Assembly: GCF_026210795.1 (NCBI RefSeq)
Contig: NC_089429.1
Location: 7,874,001-7,938,000 of the forward strand
Length of the DNA stretch: 64,000 nucleotides
Reading direction: 5' to 3'
Source: Rhizophagus irregularis
Taxonomy: Eukaryota
Below are positions 26,525 to 38,382 of the stretch, in pieces. The notes beneath the pieces were generated by a model. That model saw only the letters and a program-made list of their open reading frames with translations. It searched no databases and had not been told where the DNA came from. How positions within the stretch are numbered: position 1 is the stretch's first letter; every line of letters starts with the position of its first letter. Position numbers and translations under genes: made by a program.

Positions 26525-26848
26525 ATTAAACTTGCCTTAATGATTACCTTCAAATTAAACGCTAACAAATTATTTTGTAAAACTTTTAGTCTAATTATTT
26601 ATTTAAAAATTCACTATTTTTTAATAGATAATAATAATATTCCTACTTATTTCACACGTTTTAACGCTAATCGTCAAACCTCCGTTACATGTCCAAGAAA
26701 AAACTCATAGATTTCACACACACTCCTAGCAAGAATCCACGTACACGTCGTAACTCAAAAAAAAAAAAGTTTCCAACGAGCGTGTAAAAGAATTTTCAAA
26801 CCTGGGAAACCTAACGAATCTACGACTTTCTCCTTGTTCATCGTCCAT
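26525..26848 (-). pseudogene. Argonaute-like 5' fragment (relic C', paralog of 7890-8209)
   Basis: MDDEQGESRRFVRFPRFENSFTRSLETFFF*VTTCTWILARSVCEIYEFFLGHVTEV*RLALKRVK. Confidence 0.45.
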
Positions 26849-27135
26849 TTTTTCAATTTGGTATATGTAACATCCGACCAAATGTGAATTTGTTAAAAGA
26901 TAGAACTAGAAGTTGCCCCGATACATTCCTTAGTAGCAAACAAGATCCTCTTATTATTATTTATTTTACTAATTTTATTTTGCTAAACACTATTCTAGTC
27001 ATAAAAAATTCGCGTGAATTTTTTCTTATTGATTTCTTTTGCATTGATGGTATGATTCTTTTTTTTGTTTTTTTTTGTGAACCCTTACATGTCTAAACAC
27101 ATTCTTAATATAATAATGTATTCTTTTATGCAGAT

Positions 27136-28590
27136 TAAGTCCTCACATAATAAAATTCTCGTTGCATCTTTTCTTTGGGCGAAGTATCTTACAAAACAGC
27201 AATGTGAGTCTAACTACTCTATCTACTCTATGATCTTCTAGGTTTCGATCCCATTCAACAATTGAATTACTATAATCTCCCATGATTACTTTCTTCTGCT
27301 ATACTTAGTAAAGATTCTTTGATGTGTTAGTAATTATTATCTCATGTTCGCTGATGGCGAGAAAAATATATTACCAAAAAAGTGTACGTTCTATATAGTA
27401 CGTTCCAATCCTTTGTTTTTTTTCCAATATGATGTTCCAGCAGATAGGCATTTTCATGATCTGATCGGAAGACCACATTTGTTTAATAGATCTAGTATTC
27501 TATAGGTGACATGACGGTATTTGTTGCATCAATTTATCTTCTTTCTTTTCAGTGATTGAGTATCTGTTGTGAATGGCTTTAATACCTTTGGTGCTTAAAA
27601 GTAACTAATATCATTAATGATGTCCTTCCATGAATTTAGGTACAGCGATACAGCGATGATCTGAATTATGTTGTCATGGATTGACTTTTGTGAGTGAATT
27701 TTCATGTGAAGAAATATTTTATCTTGTTGTACACTATGCGACCTCGTAAAATCTCTTCAGATTATTTACAATAATCTTAAATGTTCACTTCCTCTCTAGA
27801 ATCTCCTTGTAATTAGAATTATAATAAACCTCCCTTCAACTCATATATTTTCACCATCTCCCCTAGCTACATAAGATAAAAAAAAATATACATCAAAAAA
27901 TAATTCTCAGTACACACCAAACACTCTTGATCTCAGATTTGGGCACCTCTTTCTGCGTGTTACATAGTGGAAGCTGGGCCTTCCATAGGCATTTAACGCT
28001 TTTATCAAATCCTTTTTCTATACCGGTAACATAGTAACTCAGCTTGTACTCCATAGGGGAATACGATCCTTAATTCCTTATCTATGGCTAGGAACTAAGA
28101 CGGCAATTCTTTTTAGGGAGATTTGGAAAATTATATAGATTGCATATTATAATTGTCCTTTTCTTTTCCTTTAGCTTAGAATTTCGTTTTTTCACAGTTG
28201 TAATTTTTCTTTGTTTCCAGTAACAATTCGTCTCCATTGGGCAATATACATTATACACTTCTCTGTTGTAAAGCATATTTTTTCTAATTGTATATAATTA
28301 GAGCAGTCTCTCCTGTTTCTCTCAAATTTCCAGGGTCTATATTTATAGTTAACCTTCTTATACAGACGTGGTATGACTGCATCTGTTCAATCGCTACATA
28401 ACATAGTGATATTAACATGGAATATATGGACATTGTTGCCGGATAATCTTCAAACTTACTGAATGGAAACGTATATCAATTTTTAAAATGTTCCCACCAA
28501 ATGTTTCAATTATTAAACTTTCAATACTACTTGGTAAAATTATATTAATATAGAAATTAAAACAATGTTCCACAAAAGTGTTAGATTTTA
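27136..28590 (-). pseudogene. Degenerate Argonaute-like gene (relic B', paralog of 8478-10200, 5' truncated)
   Basis: Same motifs as relic B: LYNFPNLP, GSYSPMEYKL..VTG, RLTLLFC; different indels. Confidence 0.55.
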
Positions 28591-29660
28591 TGACCTACAT
28601 TGGGCTTGGGCTCTAACAGCAGAATTCGGACCAAATTTTAAATATATAGTCACACTTAAGCGCACAGGTAGTAGTACACGTCAGAAGTGGGTATTTAGTA
28701 AAGTGAAATAACAAACAGTTATTTATAGTCTGAGTGTAAATGTATGTTGTATAGTATATAGCGTGGATGTTGTGTGGTTTTTATGAAAAGCTATCAATTA
28801 GCCGATAAGTCTTTGATATAGTATACGCAACAATTGGAAAACTTTTATAGACCTATCAATTTCCTATTTTGTTTATTTAATGTCATTCAATTGTTTATAC
28901 AATATATTTCTTTTCATGCGAAAATAATTGTTTAAAATTTTTTTTTTTCATGCTAATTGTTAGTATCCATCGCCAAAAGTTAATCCTAGATATTATTTGT
29001 ATACTTGTACATATTACTAAATCTTATTATGAAGTTAATTTTAATAAAAAAATATAATTAATATAAAAATTATTAATAACAACGTCCAAAATTAAATAAA
29101 AATTAAATTGCATGGTGTCTCATAAACTTCGACAATCCTTGCTGAAGAATTATTTATTGATAAATAATTAAAAATTTGGTTAATTATACGTAAAAAAAAA
29201 ATTACCTGGATCATATAATGAATCGTAAATATTTGTGTTAATAAAATTCTTCACTGTAAATTGATTCCAATTTATGATGATTGAATCAGCTAATAGGTGG
29301 ATGAAGAATGTTGATTTATCAATACATATTACGTAAAGGTTATTCATTATCGTTGTTCTGCATTAGTTATTTCGTGACAGGTCTCCTATTTCTTATAGTG
29401 TGACAGGCGTGCATGTATATTATAGCGTACACTCATATTTTTATGACTAACCGATTATGTATTATTTATTGATCACAGTATTGTTTTAGACAAAAATATA
29501 CATTATAATCATAGCCTAGTAAACAAAAAATATGATACAATCGACGGAATAAGCAAAAGTTATGGGATATGTTCCTCGTTAACGTAGGTCTTAATTTCTA
29601 TTATTATTATACTGCAATATATCTTATTATATTTATTTGGTAATAACCATGTACCAGTTA

Positions 29661-29943
29661 GGCCGTTCCAAATTAATAATTAGTTTAACGTCCTTTCCGG
29701 CCAAAAATTTTGAGGGGGGGGGGGGAGGGGATAATTTAAACAAACATGAAAATTAAACATATTGAAAATTTCGGAAATTTTCGGTAAAATCGGAAATTCT
29801 CGGTACTATTAAATTTTAGTAAAGGAGGGGGTGTTTTAAGCATATTTAAACATATCAAACATATATGTTTAAATCACCCTTGAATTTTTCAAAAATAGAG
29901 GGGGGGGGGAGGACGTTAAACTAAAGATTAAATTGGAACGGCC
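29661..29943. mobile_element. PIF/Harbinger (Tourist-like) MITE, 283 bp
   Basis: 33-bp TIR GGCCGTTCCAA(A/T)TTAAT..TTAGTTTAACGTCC; TTA on both flanks (3-bp TSD); internal poly-G runs. Confidence 0.85.
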
Positions 29944-30439
29944 TTATTATTATTTATATAATATATCTCTAAATTACTGTTCAAATGAATGAAAATCACT
30001 TTCATCTTAACGTTAACATCTTCATTATGTGAAGCTTACTACTTTTAAAAATTTCAGGAACAAATGGTACAACCCCAAAAATTTCTTCTGAATGTCACAG
30101 TTATGTCAAATGGCCAGGTCATTTGGCCATTTTGAAATCAGTGGACCTTCGAATGATTTAGAATTAATTCAGGCCAAATTTATTATGGCCAGTATTACAT
30201 TATATTATCACGTGATACAATATTTATCCAGATAATTTTGGCCAGAATTATGATGTAATTTTTAAATGACTAGGTCATTTGATAATGTCATATGGCGTAA
30301 ATTTAGTGTTCCGAAATAAATCCGATCCGATTCGTATCCGCGGATCTGATCCGAGACAGATCGAATCGAATCGAATCGGATCAACAATTCATTCAAATCA
30401 GATCGGATCGGATTAGATTCGAATCGTCATGTAAACCCG

Positions 30440-30851
30440 TGTCAGTGATCCTCTGCTTCCATTATGTTCAGCTAAAATGTTGCCTCCATGTAATTTTCCA
30501 TGAGCAAATGAATTTTACATAATCTTGACGAAATTAACCACAGAAGATCGACGATTTCTCTCCAACCAAAATAATCATCATATGTTACGAAAAAGGAGTA
30601 TATGTCCTGGTTCACCACAGATCCATAACTCAGCACCATCATCCCCGATTCCAGAGTGGATCTTCCATCAACATAACTGAGTAAATCATAGAAATGAACC
30701 ATTTTTGCCGGTAATGTCTTATAAGCTCGATAATTTTACAATTCTACCAAATATGCAACACCACAATCTACACACCACAAAACCGAAATTCTTTTTTATC
30801 ACAGTTTGAACATGTTCTACAAATATTAGATAAGTCCAATATGTCTGACAT
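30440..30851 (-). pseudogene. Protein kinase (TKL-like) pseudogene fragment
   Basis: MSDILDLSNICRTCSNCDKK../WCVDCGVAYL (N-terminal Cys motif), YFGWREIVDLLWLISS..IH, and in a shifted frame AHGKLHGGNILAE (catalytic-loop variant). Truncated at a GGATC/ATCCG repeat patch (30320-30425). Confidence 0.75.
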
Positions 30852-31178
30852 AATAAATGCGAATAACGTATAATAAAAGGTGTGTGTGAGAATATCATTT
30901 TGAATGCAATTCCGAGTCAATTAACTTTATTTTATTGAAATATACAATACAATGAATATATTAAAAATGTATAAGAATTATATATACTGTATACAGTATA
31001 TTTTTAACCAATAGTTTATCGATTAAAAGCGTTTCTATATTATAAGTATTATTTATGTGGTGCATCAATGCAAACATGTGATTTTTTTAGGTTAGTAGCC
31101 TTTTATTTTGACGTATTCAAAAAATAATAATGTATACTATTTTGGGATTTATTGAAGCACGATCGATATTTAGTTGGC

Positions 31179-31306
31179 CAGTGACGCAAAAGTATCGTTC
31201 TTATACGATCAGGTGCTATGTTCTTATACGACGTATATGTCACATAATATAGGTCGTATAAGATAGTATGTCGTACACGTATAAGAACGATACATTTGCG
31301 CCAGTG
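31179..31306. mobile_element. MITE (~128 bp) with 29-bp TIR
   Basis: CAGTGACGCAAAAGTATCGTTCTTATACG vs right end rc CACTGGCGCAAATGTATCGTTCTTATACG. Confidence 0.8.
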
Positions 31307-31311
31307 ACGTT

Positions 31312-32982
31312 TATACTTGCCGCCCATATTAATGGGATTGGGAGAATCCCAAATCCCATTAGTCCCAAATCCATCCCAAATCCCATATCCCATATTATAT
31401 CCCAAATCCCATCCCAAATCCCAATTAATTTAACCTTTTTTTTTCACTGCAAAATTATTTTTTTATTGTAAAATTTATAATATTAATAATTATATTAATA
31501 ATAATAATTATTATTGTTATAATACTGTATATAAAATATTTTTTTACTATGATCGATATATTATAAATTGAGGTGTCAACTTAATCATTGAACATATAGT
31601 GTATATGTGGTTAAAATTAACGATCTTTGAATTATAATTCCGGCCAAAATTTTATTAATTCTGGCCAAATTCGTATGCCGGCCTAAAATCGGTTAAAATT
31701 GAAAATTTTAGATCAAATGTAATGCCGCATTTGCACAAAATAATTCTTAAACTAAATATGGAAAATAAAACTTCTTGTTGGCCTCTAAGTATTTATTAAA
31801 AAAAAATTTCAAATGCTTTTTGTTTTTTAAGTTAGAACTTAACTAGTAGAAGTTGGTGTTTTTTTCCCATTAAAATAAAAAATAATGTGAAAAACTTAAA
31901 ATTTGTCAAATAAAGTAGCAATATAAGTCTTTAAATTAAAATAAAAAATATTTATGACATTGTATAATAAAAAACAAAATTAAAACATATAAATTTTTAA
32001 AAGTAAATTTTCAGATTCATTAAAAAAAATCCCCTTTTTTATTTTATTTGTATAATTTGTATTGTAAAGTTTTAACTATTTTGGTAGTTTTAATTGTTAA
32101 ATAACCTATTTATTAAATATAAAGAATAATTAATATTATTAATATTAAAAAAAATCTTTTTTTTACGATTAAATCAATAGAAATCTAATATTGAAATATG
32201 ATTGGACAGAAATAAATAGTCAAAAATAGCGGATATTTCGTAGTTTTATTTCAAAAATAAGTATAGTAACATTATTTCATTCTTGTTTTCTACAATAAAT
32301 GAAATTTTATTTCATATTGAAAAACAGAAAATTTTGAAGATTTATTGCCTTAATAAAAGTGTTCTCTTTTGCAAAATTAAGACAATTAAGCCATAGTATA
32401 TTTAATTTTGGGCTTAGTTTTTTTATAAATTATTTCATTTTTTTTTATAAAGCCATAAACAATTAAGCCAATAGAATATCATTTATTTTAATCTATTTAA
32501 AGGACTTGGTTTTTTATAAATTATTTCATTTTTTTTTTATAAAAGCTATAAGCAATTAAACCATTAGAATAATTTATTAGTTATTTAATTTTAAAAAGTG
32601 GCAAAAGTAATATTGTTATGGTATATTTAAAAGCTTAGTTGTTTATGAAAGATTTTTATAAAAGCCACAAAAGCCATAAATATTTAAGTAATTAAATCAC
32701 TAATCATTATTTATTTTAAAAAAAGTAATAAAAATCAATAAAAAAAAAGCTTAAAATATTTTTATATATATAAAAGATTAAACAAAAGTAATAAGTTTTA
32801 TATAAGAAAAAAATTGAAAATTCATAATTATTTTAATATATTTATATGGGATTTGGGATTGGGATTGGGATATGGGATATGGGATATGGGATTTGGATTG
32901 GGATTTGTGATTGGAATGGGATTTGGGATTTGGGATGGGATGGGATGGGATGGGATTGGGATTGGGATGGGCGGCAAGTATA
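31312..32982. mobile_element. Non-autonomous hAT-like element (1671 bp) with ATCCC/GGGAT subterminal arrays
   Basis: Perfect 16-bp TIR TATACTTGCCGCCCAT / ATGGGCGGCAAGTATA; perfect 8-bp TSD GTGACGTT at 31304-31311 and 32983-32990; no internal transposase ORF. Confidence 0.92.
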
Positions 32983-34525
32983 GTGACGTTTGCATTATTG
33001 TGGATCTTTACCTATGATATATGACGACATACAAAAGTAAACGTAAAATTTATATTGAAAAAAAATTTCGAGATTCTGCGATAAAATTTCTGAAATTCTT
33101 TTTTTTAAAAAAAATCAGCAATATTTTTTTCTTTTAAGAAAAGGAGAGAAAATGATACACTATTTCGTATGATTCATTTAGGTTATTTGGGCTAATATTT
33201 TTTTTTGTTAAAAAAAAAAAAAATTATTTAAACAACAAAAGATGAAAGACGGATGACTAATTCCGAAAAACGCCAATATGCATTCATTGGAATTTTCGAT
33301 TTTAACAATCCTTTAAGAAAAAATTATTAATAGATTGTAATTTTGAACTAGCTAAAATCGATAAAAAATAAAGATTTTTCAAAGTTCTCATGACACCTTT
33401 TTTTTTTGTGTAAAAAAAAAATTTGTAAAACTATGCAATGCATTTCTTGGCATGTTTCACATATGTTTGCATCATTGAAATTATTGAAATTAATTAATTC
33501 TATAAAATTGATTTAAAAAAATATTCATATATTTTTTATAATAACGATTACAAAAATAGGTTTTTTGACCTTGATTCTTTGTCTTTTTTGCAGGATTTTA
33601 TTATTTCTATAAATTGCATATAATACGATTTTGACGATCCTATTGTTTTCTTTTTATAATTTGTATAATTATTTTTAGAAGTCTAGAACAAACTTATGGA
33701 ATTTCTTTACCTTACCATGTTAAAAGTTCAAAAAGGTAATAGAAAATTAAAAAATTTCGGCCTGCATTAGGATTTTTTGACCTGCATCGTTATGTATGAT
33801 TTTGGCCAGAATTAAAAAAGGTATGATTTTCACATCAAATCAATATACGCAATTTAGATAAAAAGGAGTAAATCTTCCTTTTTTTGGGGTAAACTTTATT
33901 TATATTGACGTTATAATCTATATTATATATGTGTATCACACGGTATTAAAACAAAGAACTTTGGGGGTTCGATTTTTTTTGGATTAGTTTTGTTTTATTT
34001 ACATGAAATTATATTTACTAGTGGAAATAAAATATCATTTACCTAAAACGAAAAATATGTGTTAAACATAAATTTTAATGTTACATAAATAATAAAATTA
34101 TAATAACAATGACTTTGTAAAGAATGGATATGGTGATTATGTAATTACGCTATGTAACCAATTATATCATCTTTTTATTATCATTGGGCTAGGCGTAAAA
34201 TTAAGACAATTATGCATCATTTTAAAATCACAAAGGAAAATGATGAGATTTTCTTGCATAATATTGCGTAATCTTTTGAAAAGAAAGTAATGCAACACTT
34301 CATTTTTTAAATTATTTACGCCTACGATTGCCGCCAAAATTTCTTATAAAAAGGCTCTGAAAATCCTAAGAGAAAGTACAAAAAAAAAATTTTAGAAATA
34401 AAATCAAAAATTAAATTCACATATTCGAAACAAATTCATTCAAATAGAAAATTTGCTAAATTCAAACCACCTAAATCACCATTATCATCATTACTACTGA
34501 CACTTCATATAATAAAGTAGTCAAA

Positions 34526-34681
34526 ATGGCTCTCATCGCGAACGTTGATCAATATGAAGATACAAAAGTCGCTATTGAAATGGTCAAAGAAATACTTGCA
34601 TATCGCAATGGGCTGATGACAAGTATGGATCCTAGTTCAACTGATCCCCCATTGGATCCTGTGGATAATTTGCAGAGATAG
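34526..34681 (+). CDS. Possible 51-aa small protein whose 3' part is tandemly reiterated
   Basis: AAAATG start context and TATAAAA at ~34345; MALIANVDQYEDTKVAIEMVKEILAYRNGLMTSMDPSSTDPPLDPVDNLQR. Confidence 0.3.
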   Translation: MALIANVDQYEDTKVAIEMVKEILAYRNGLMTSMDPSSTDPPLDPVDNLQR

Positions 34682-34810
34682 AAATCGCAATAATGGAGAT
34701 GCTAGTTCAACTGATTCCCCATTGGATCCTGTGGATAATTTGCAGAGATAGAAATACTTGCATATCACAATAATGGGGATGCTAGTTCAACTGATTCCCC
34801 ATTGGATCCT
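34632..34810 (+). repeat. Three imperfect tandem copies of CTAGTTCAACTGAT(C/T)CCCCATTGGATCCT...
   Basis: Copies start at ~34632, ~34702 and ~34782. Confidence 0.9.
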
Positions 34811-37354
34811 TTGCGGTGTATAGATAAAGTTGGTTGAATCATTTAATTTAAAGTTCTTCTTTTTATTAAATTATTCTTCTGATTAATTTAATGGTTCTTC
34901 TTTTTATTAAATGGCTCTTCTTGTCGAATCTGGAAAGGTCTCAGTTCTGGACAGAACATTTCAATAATAATGAAAGGGATGTTCCATCATCCCCTTTCGG
35001 TTCTTTATTCGATAAAAGTCATTTAATTGGTCACTATTAAAATTAAGTAAGCGACTGTCTTGAGCCCAGATGGATACGACCTAATAGCATATTAAATGGA
35101 TCAAAGTAAATCTTCAGTTTATTAATAGACTAACAAAAGAGACATTTAAAATCAATTAATTTGTAATAATGAATAAAACCTCTAATATAGATATTGTTTA
35201 TTTTGCAACAACCTCTCCATTGTTCCTTTTAACGTGGATGAGTTTTAAAAAGGAGGAGGATTTAAAGGAATTTCATATGATGAATATATTATAGCTTCTT
35301 CAAATTATATGCAATAATAATTGATTGTGGTATATAGGGTGAATGTAATATCGAGAAGAATATCAATATTCATCAAGTCCTTATTGCGTCTGGAATTTAA
35401 ATTTTGTTTATTCATTCATGACTTAAAATTTAATAAAATATTAAAAATACAAGTTTAATTTCATATAATAAAGATTATCTACGAGACTTGTGAAAAATAT
35501 TTTTATTTTTTTCTTTGTTCATAATATTTGAAACTCCGGAAATAAGTTACAATAGCTGATTTATTTTTAATTAATTTTCTAAAAATAAAAATTAACAATA
35601 TTATGACTCATTCTTTTTCGATACGTAAATTTAACCTGGTTACACCGATTCTTACTTGTACAAACCTCTTTTTTTTTAGCAACAAAGAAAAAAAAGTTGG
35701 CACGTCACTAAATTGGACTACATCATTAGGCTTAAAATAGTTTCAAAACCAAGTCCAAAACCCAAAAAGTGTGATTCGGTGTGATTCTTAATTCTGGCTG
35801 GATTTAGGGTAATTTCGTCTGGAATTAAAAAAAACGTGGCACGCCAAAAGTGTGAAAAAATAGCAAAAAGTGCGAAAAAAGTGTGATCGTTCCATCCCGC
35901 ACCCTAAACAATAATTGAAATTGTGCTATATTTTTTAAACTAAATTTTTGTGAGCAATGTAATATATTTCTTACTTTGATGTTAGCATAAATTTTATATA
36001 GTCGATTTAAAAATCCTGTAGTTGCACCGATCAACATTCGTAACATAAGGCACTCAGAGAATTGATCTGAATTTAAATAGAAGTCTTTTGTTAGAGATCA
36101 CAAAAACGACTTTATGCTATTTAAATAGACGCTTTCTTCGGGATCCGGTCCATGTTTATAATATATATATATATACACAGTATATTCACTGGATTATATG
36201 TGACGCAACATTACACTTTACAACGTGATTCTGGGCTTTTCTGGCCGATCTTGCGTTAGTAAAGTAAAAGAAAAAAATTTTCAAAATTTCGTAATAATAT
36301 AAACTAATCCTCAAAATTTCTAAATTTTCATCCCTTTTTTTTTCTTGAAAATCTTTTAATTTTGTTCGTTCTTTGATAAGATACCATGCTTAATTTAGTT
36401 TGATTTTTTATTTTTAAAAAATTTATATGAATAAAGACTATTCCGAAACACCAATATACAGAAAAAGTAATACATTTCCTAGAATTATTAATAGTTTTGA
36501 GCAAGTAAATCACAGTTATCATTACTTTTTTTTTGTATAGCATTTCATTGTAAAATTTTGTAAAATCATTTGTGCAAGTTTTTGTTAATTAATAAAAAGT
36601 AAGGTACAATATTTCATACATTGATATCACAATTTAAGTTTAAAGATTTTTTACCGGCATTTATACGGAAACAAAGAAATTATTAGTATTTTCGTTATCG
36701 ATAATAATTGTCCGAAGCGTTAGCGAAGGACATTCTATTGTACGATTTGTGGTAACCATGCAATTTTCCTGATTGTTCTAAATTTAATATTCTTTATTAA
36801 AATAAAAAAAAATTTAATCCCAATTTTAAAACAAACAAATCAAAAAATATAAAATTTCGGAATAATATATTACTATTAAATTAATAATTTTATCTATTTA
36901 AAATTAATAAAAAATTCATATTACCATATATTGATAAGCATCTTTTTTTTCCGGAATCCAAAAAAATTTTTTGGACATAAAAAATTTTTTATTTGGTAAT
37001 CTTTGTATGATTAAGCTTATTTTTCCTTCTTTTTCACTTTTAGTAATAAATTAATCGTAAATTTAACCTTTGTACTTTGATATCTAATCAATCATGAACG
37101 TATTAAAAGAATGAAAATTCTAATAATCCAATACCTGCATATATTTTGCATATCTTCTTATTATTTATCTTCTCCGGTTATTTCCGGCCGTGAATAAAGT
37201 TGAGGAGTTATTAATTATTTTGGAAGGTCATGGAAATTAAAAGAATTTGATTGTTGGGAGTACAATACACAATTTTAGATTCCTAGAAGATAGAAATGAC
37301 GCGGAATAAATGTATTATTTAAAGTAGTTTGTTGATAAAATATATATATATATA

Positions 37355-37591
37355 TCGACCGGTCCCAGGACTTGTAGGACCGGACCGCGGTCTTGCATTT
37401 TTTGTCGAAGACTGACCAGTCCTCATACCGGTCTTCATATAATAAATGAATTTTTATATTAAATTTAAAGCTAAAAAAATTTTTTATTTGCAAAAAAAAG
37501 TTCTTAAAAAGAGTGATACATGAGTGACAGGACCAGTCCTACACCGAACCGTAGGACCACGGTCTTTTAGGACCGAAATTATTCCACACTG
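37355..37591. mobile_element. One-ended hAT-like remnant with GGACCG/CGGTC subterminal motifs
   Basis: Cluster of GGACC(G/A)/CGGTC motifs ending in TTCCACACTG (rc CAGTGTGGAA). Confidence 0.4.
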
Positions 37592-37909
37592 GAATTCTAT
37601 AATAAAAAATTTCTTCGTGCGACGTGGTAAATTCTATGAAGAAATTATAAATTAATTCTTGGTGTGACATAAATAAATTATAAAACGCTAAAAAAAACTT
37701 CAATCTTAACTACAAAACTCTTGTTTTTAATTTTTATCAAAAGTTTTTGTTAACATTTAACAATGAATGGTCATGATATGAATCGGTTATTCATGTCATG
37801 ATTGCCGCATCATACCAACATTAAGCACGCCTGTGCAATAACATAATATTATATATTATCATATAAAAATTTTCTAAGCTAAAGATATATTGTTATTCCT
37901 ACTTCTATC

Positions 37910-38382
37910 GACTAAATCTAAATTTGTAGCGTAGAGACAAGAATATTTTAGTGTACAAAATTACGTTTGTTACACTTTACCAAAATGGTTTGAATTTAGT
38001 ATACAAATCAAATTTGAGACTTTTACCCTTTCGTTATTTCAATTTCTCGTTTAACATAAATTATTGAAATACAGCACGCCTATGCAATAGCATAATATTT
38101 TTTAGCTTATAACGAAAATTTAAAAAAATTTAGATAAATAATAAAGATTTCTCTAAGTATATTAAATCTAAATTTGTAGCGTAGCGACAAAGTCGTTATG
38201 CTGCGAACGATTTAATTTTTTAAGGTTGTATATTTATTTTCCTTAAGCTTTTATTTTAAGTCGATTAAATCTAAATTTGTAGCATAGCGATAAAGTCACA
38301 GTAATTATGAATTATGTCGATTAAATCTAAATTTGTAGCGTAGCGATAAAGTCGTTATGCTGCAAACGATTTAATTTTTAAG
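37910..38382 (+). repeat. Four irregularly spaced direct repeats TAAATCTAAATTTGTAGC(G/A)TAG(A/C)GA(C/T)AA
   Basis: Copies at ~37913, 38163, 38266 and 38322; copies 2 and 4 share a further ~35 bp. Confidence 0.85.

Larger units (their letters stand above)
13835..28590 (+). repeat. Segmental duplication, copy 2
   Basis: Begins ATTCAACATACATTT.. as at position 1 and stays co-linear with copy 1 apart from indels, including the 19209-26517 block. Confidence 0.95.

Noticed and set aside
32847..32970. Interstitial telomere-like GGGATT/GGGAT array
   Set aside because: Not TTAGGG. It is mirrored by ATCCC arrays at 31345-31422 inside a TIR/TSD-bounded element, so it is a subterminal repeat.
31103..33017. 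ORFs 31103-31417, 31268-31471 and 32814-33017
   Set aside because: Low-complexity translations of GGGAT/ATCCC repeats and MITE sequence.
37910..38382. CRISPR-like array of ~30-bp direct repeats
   Set aside because: Spacing is irregular (~250, ~100, ~55 bp), the spacers are partly duplicated, no cas genes are present and the context is eukaryotic.
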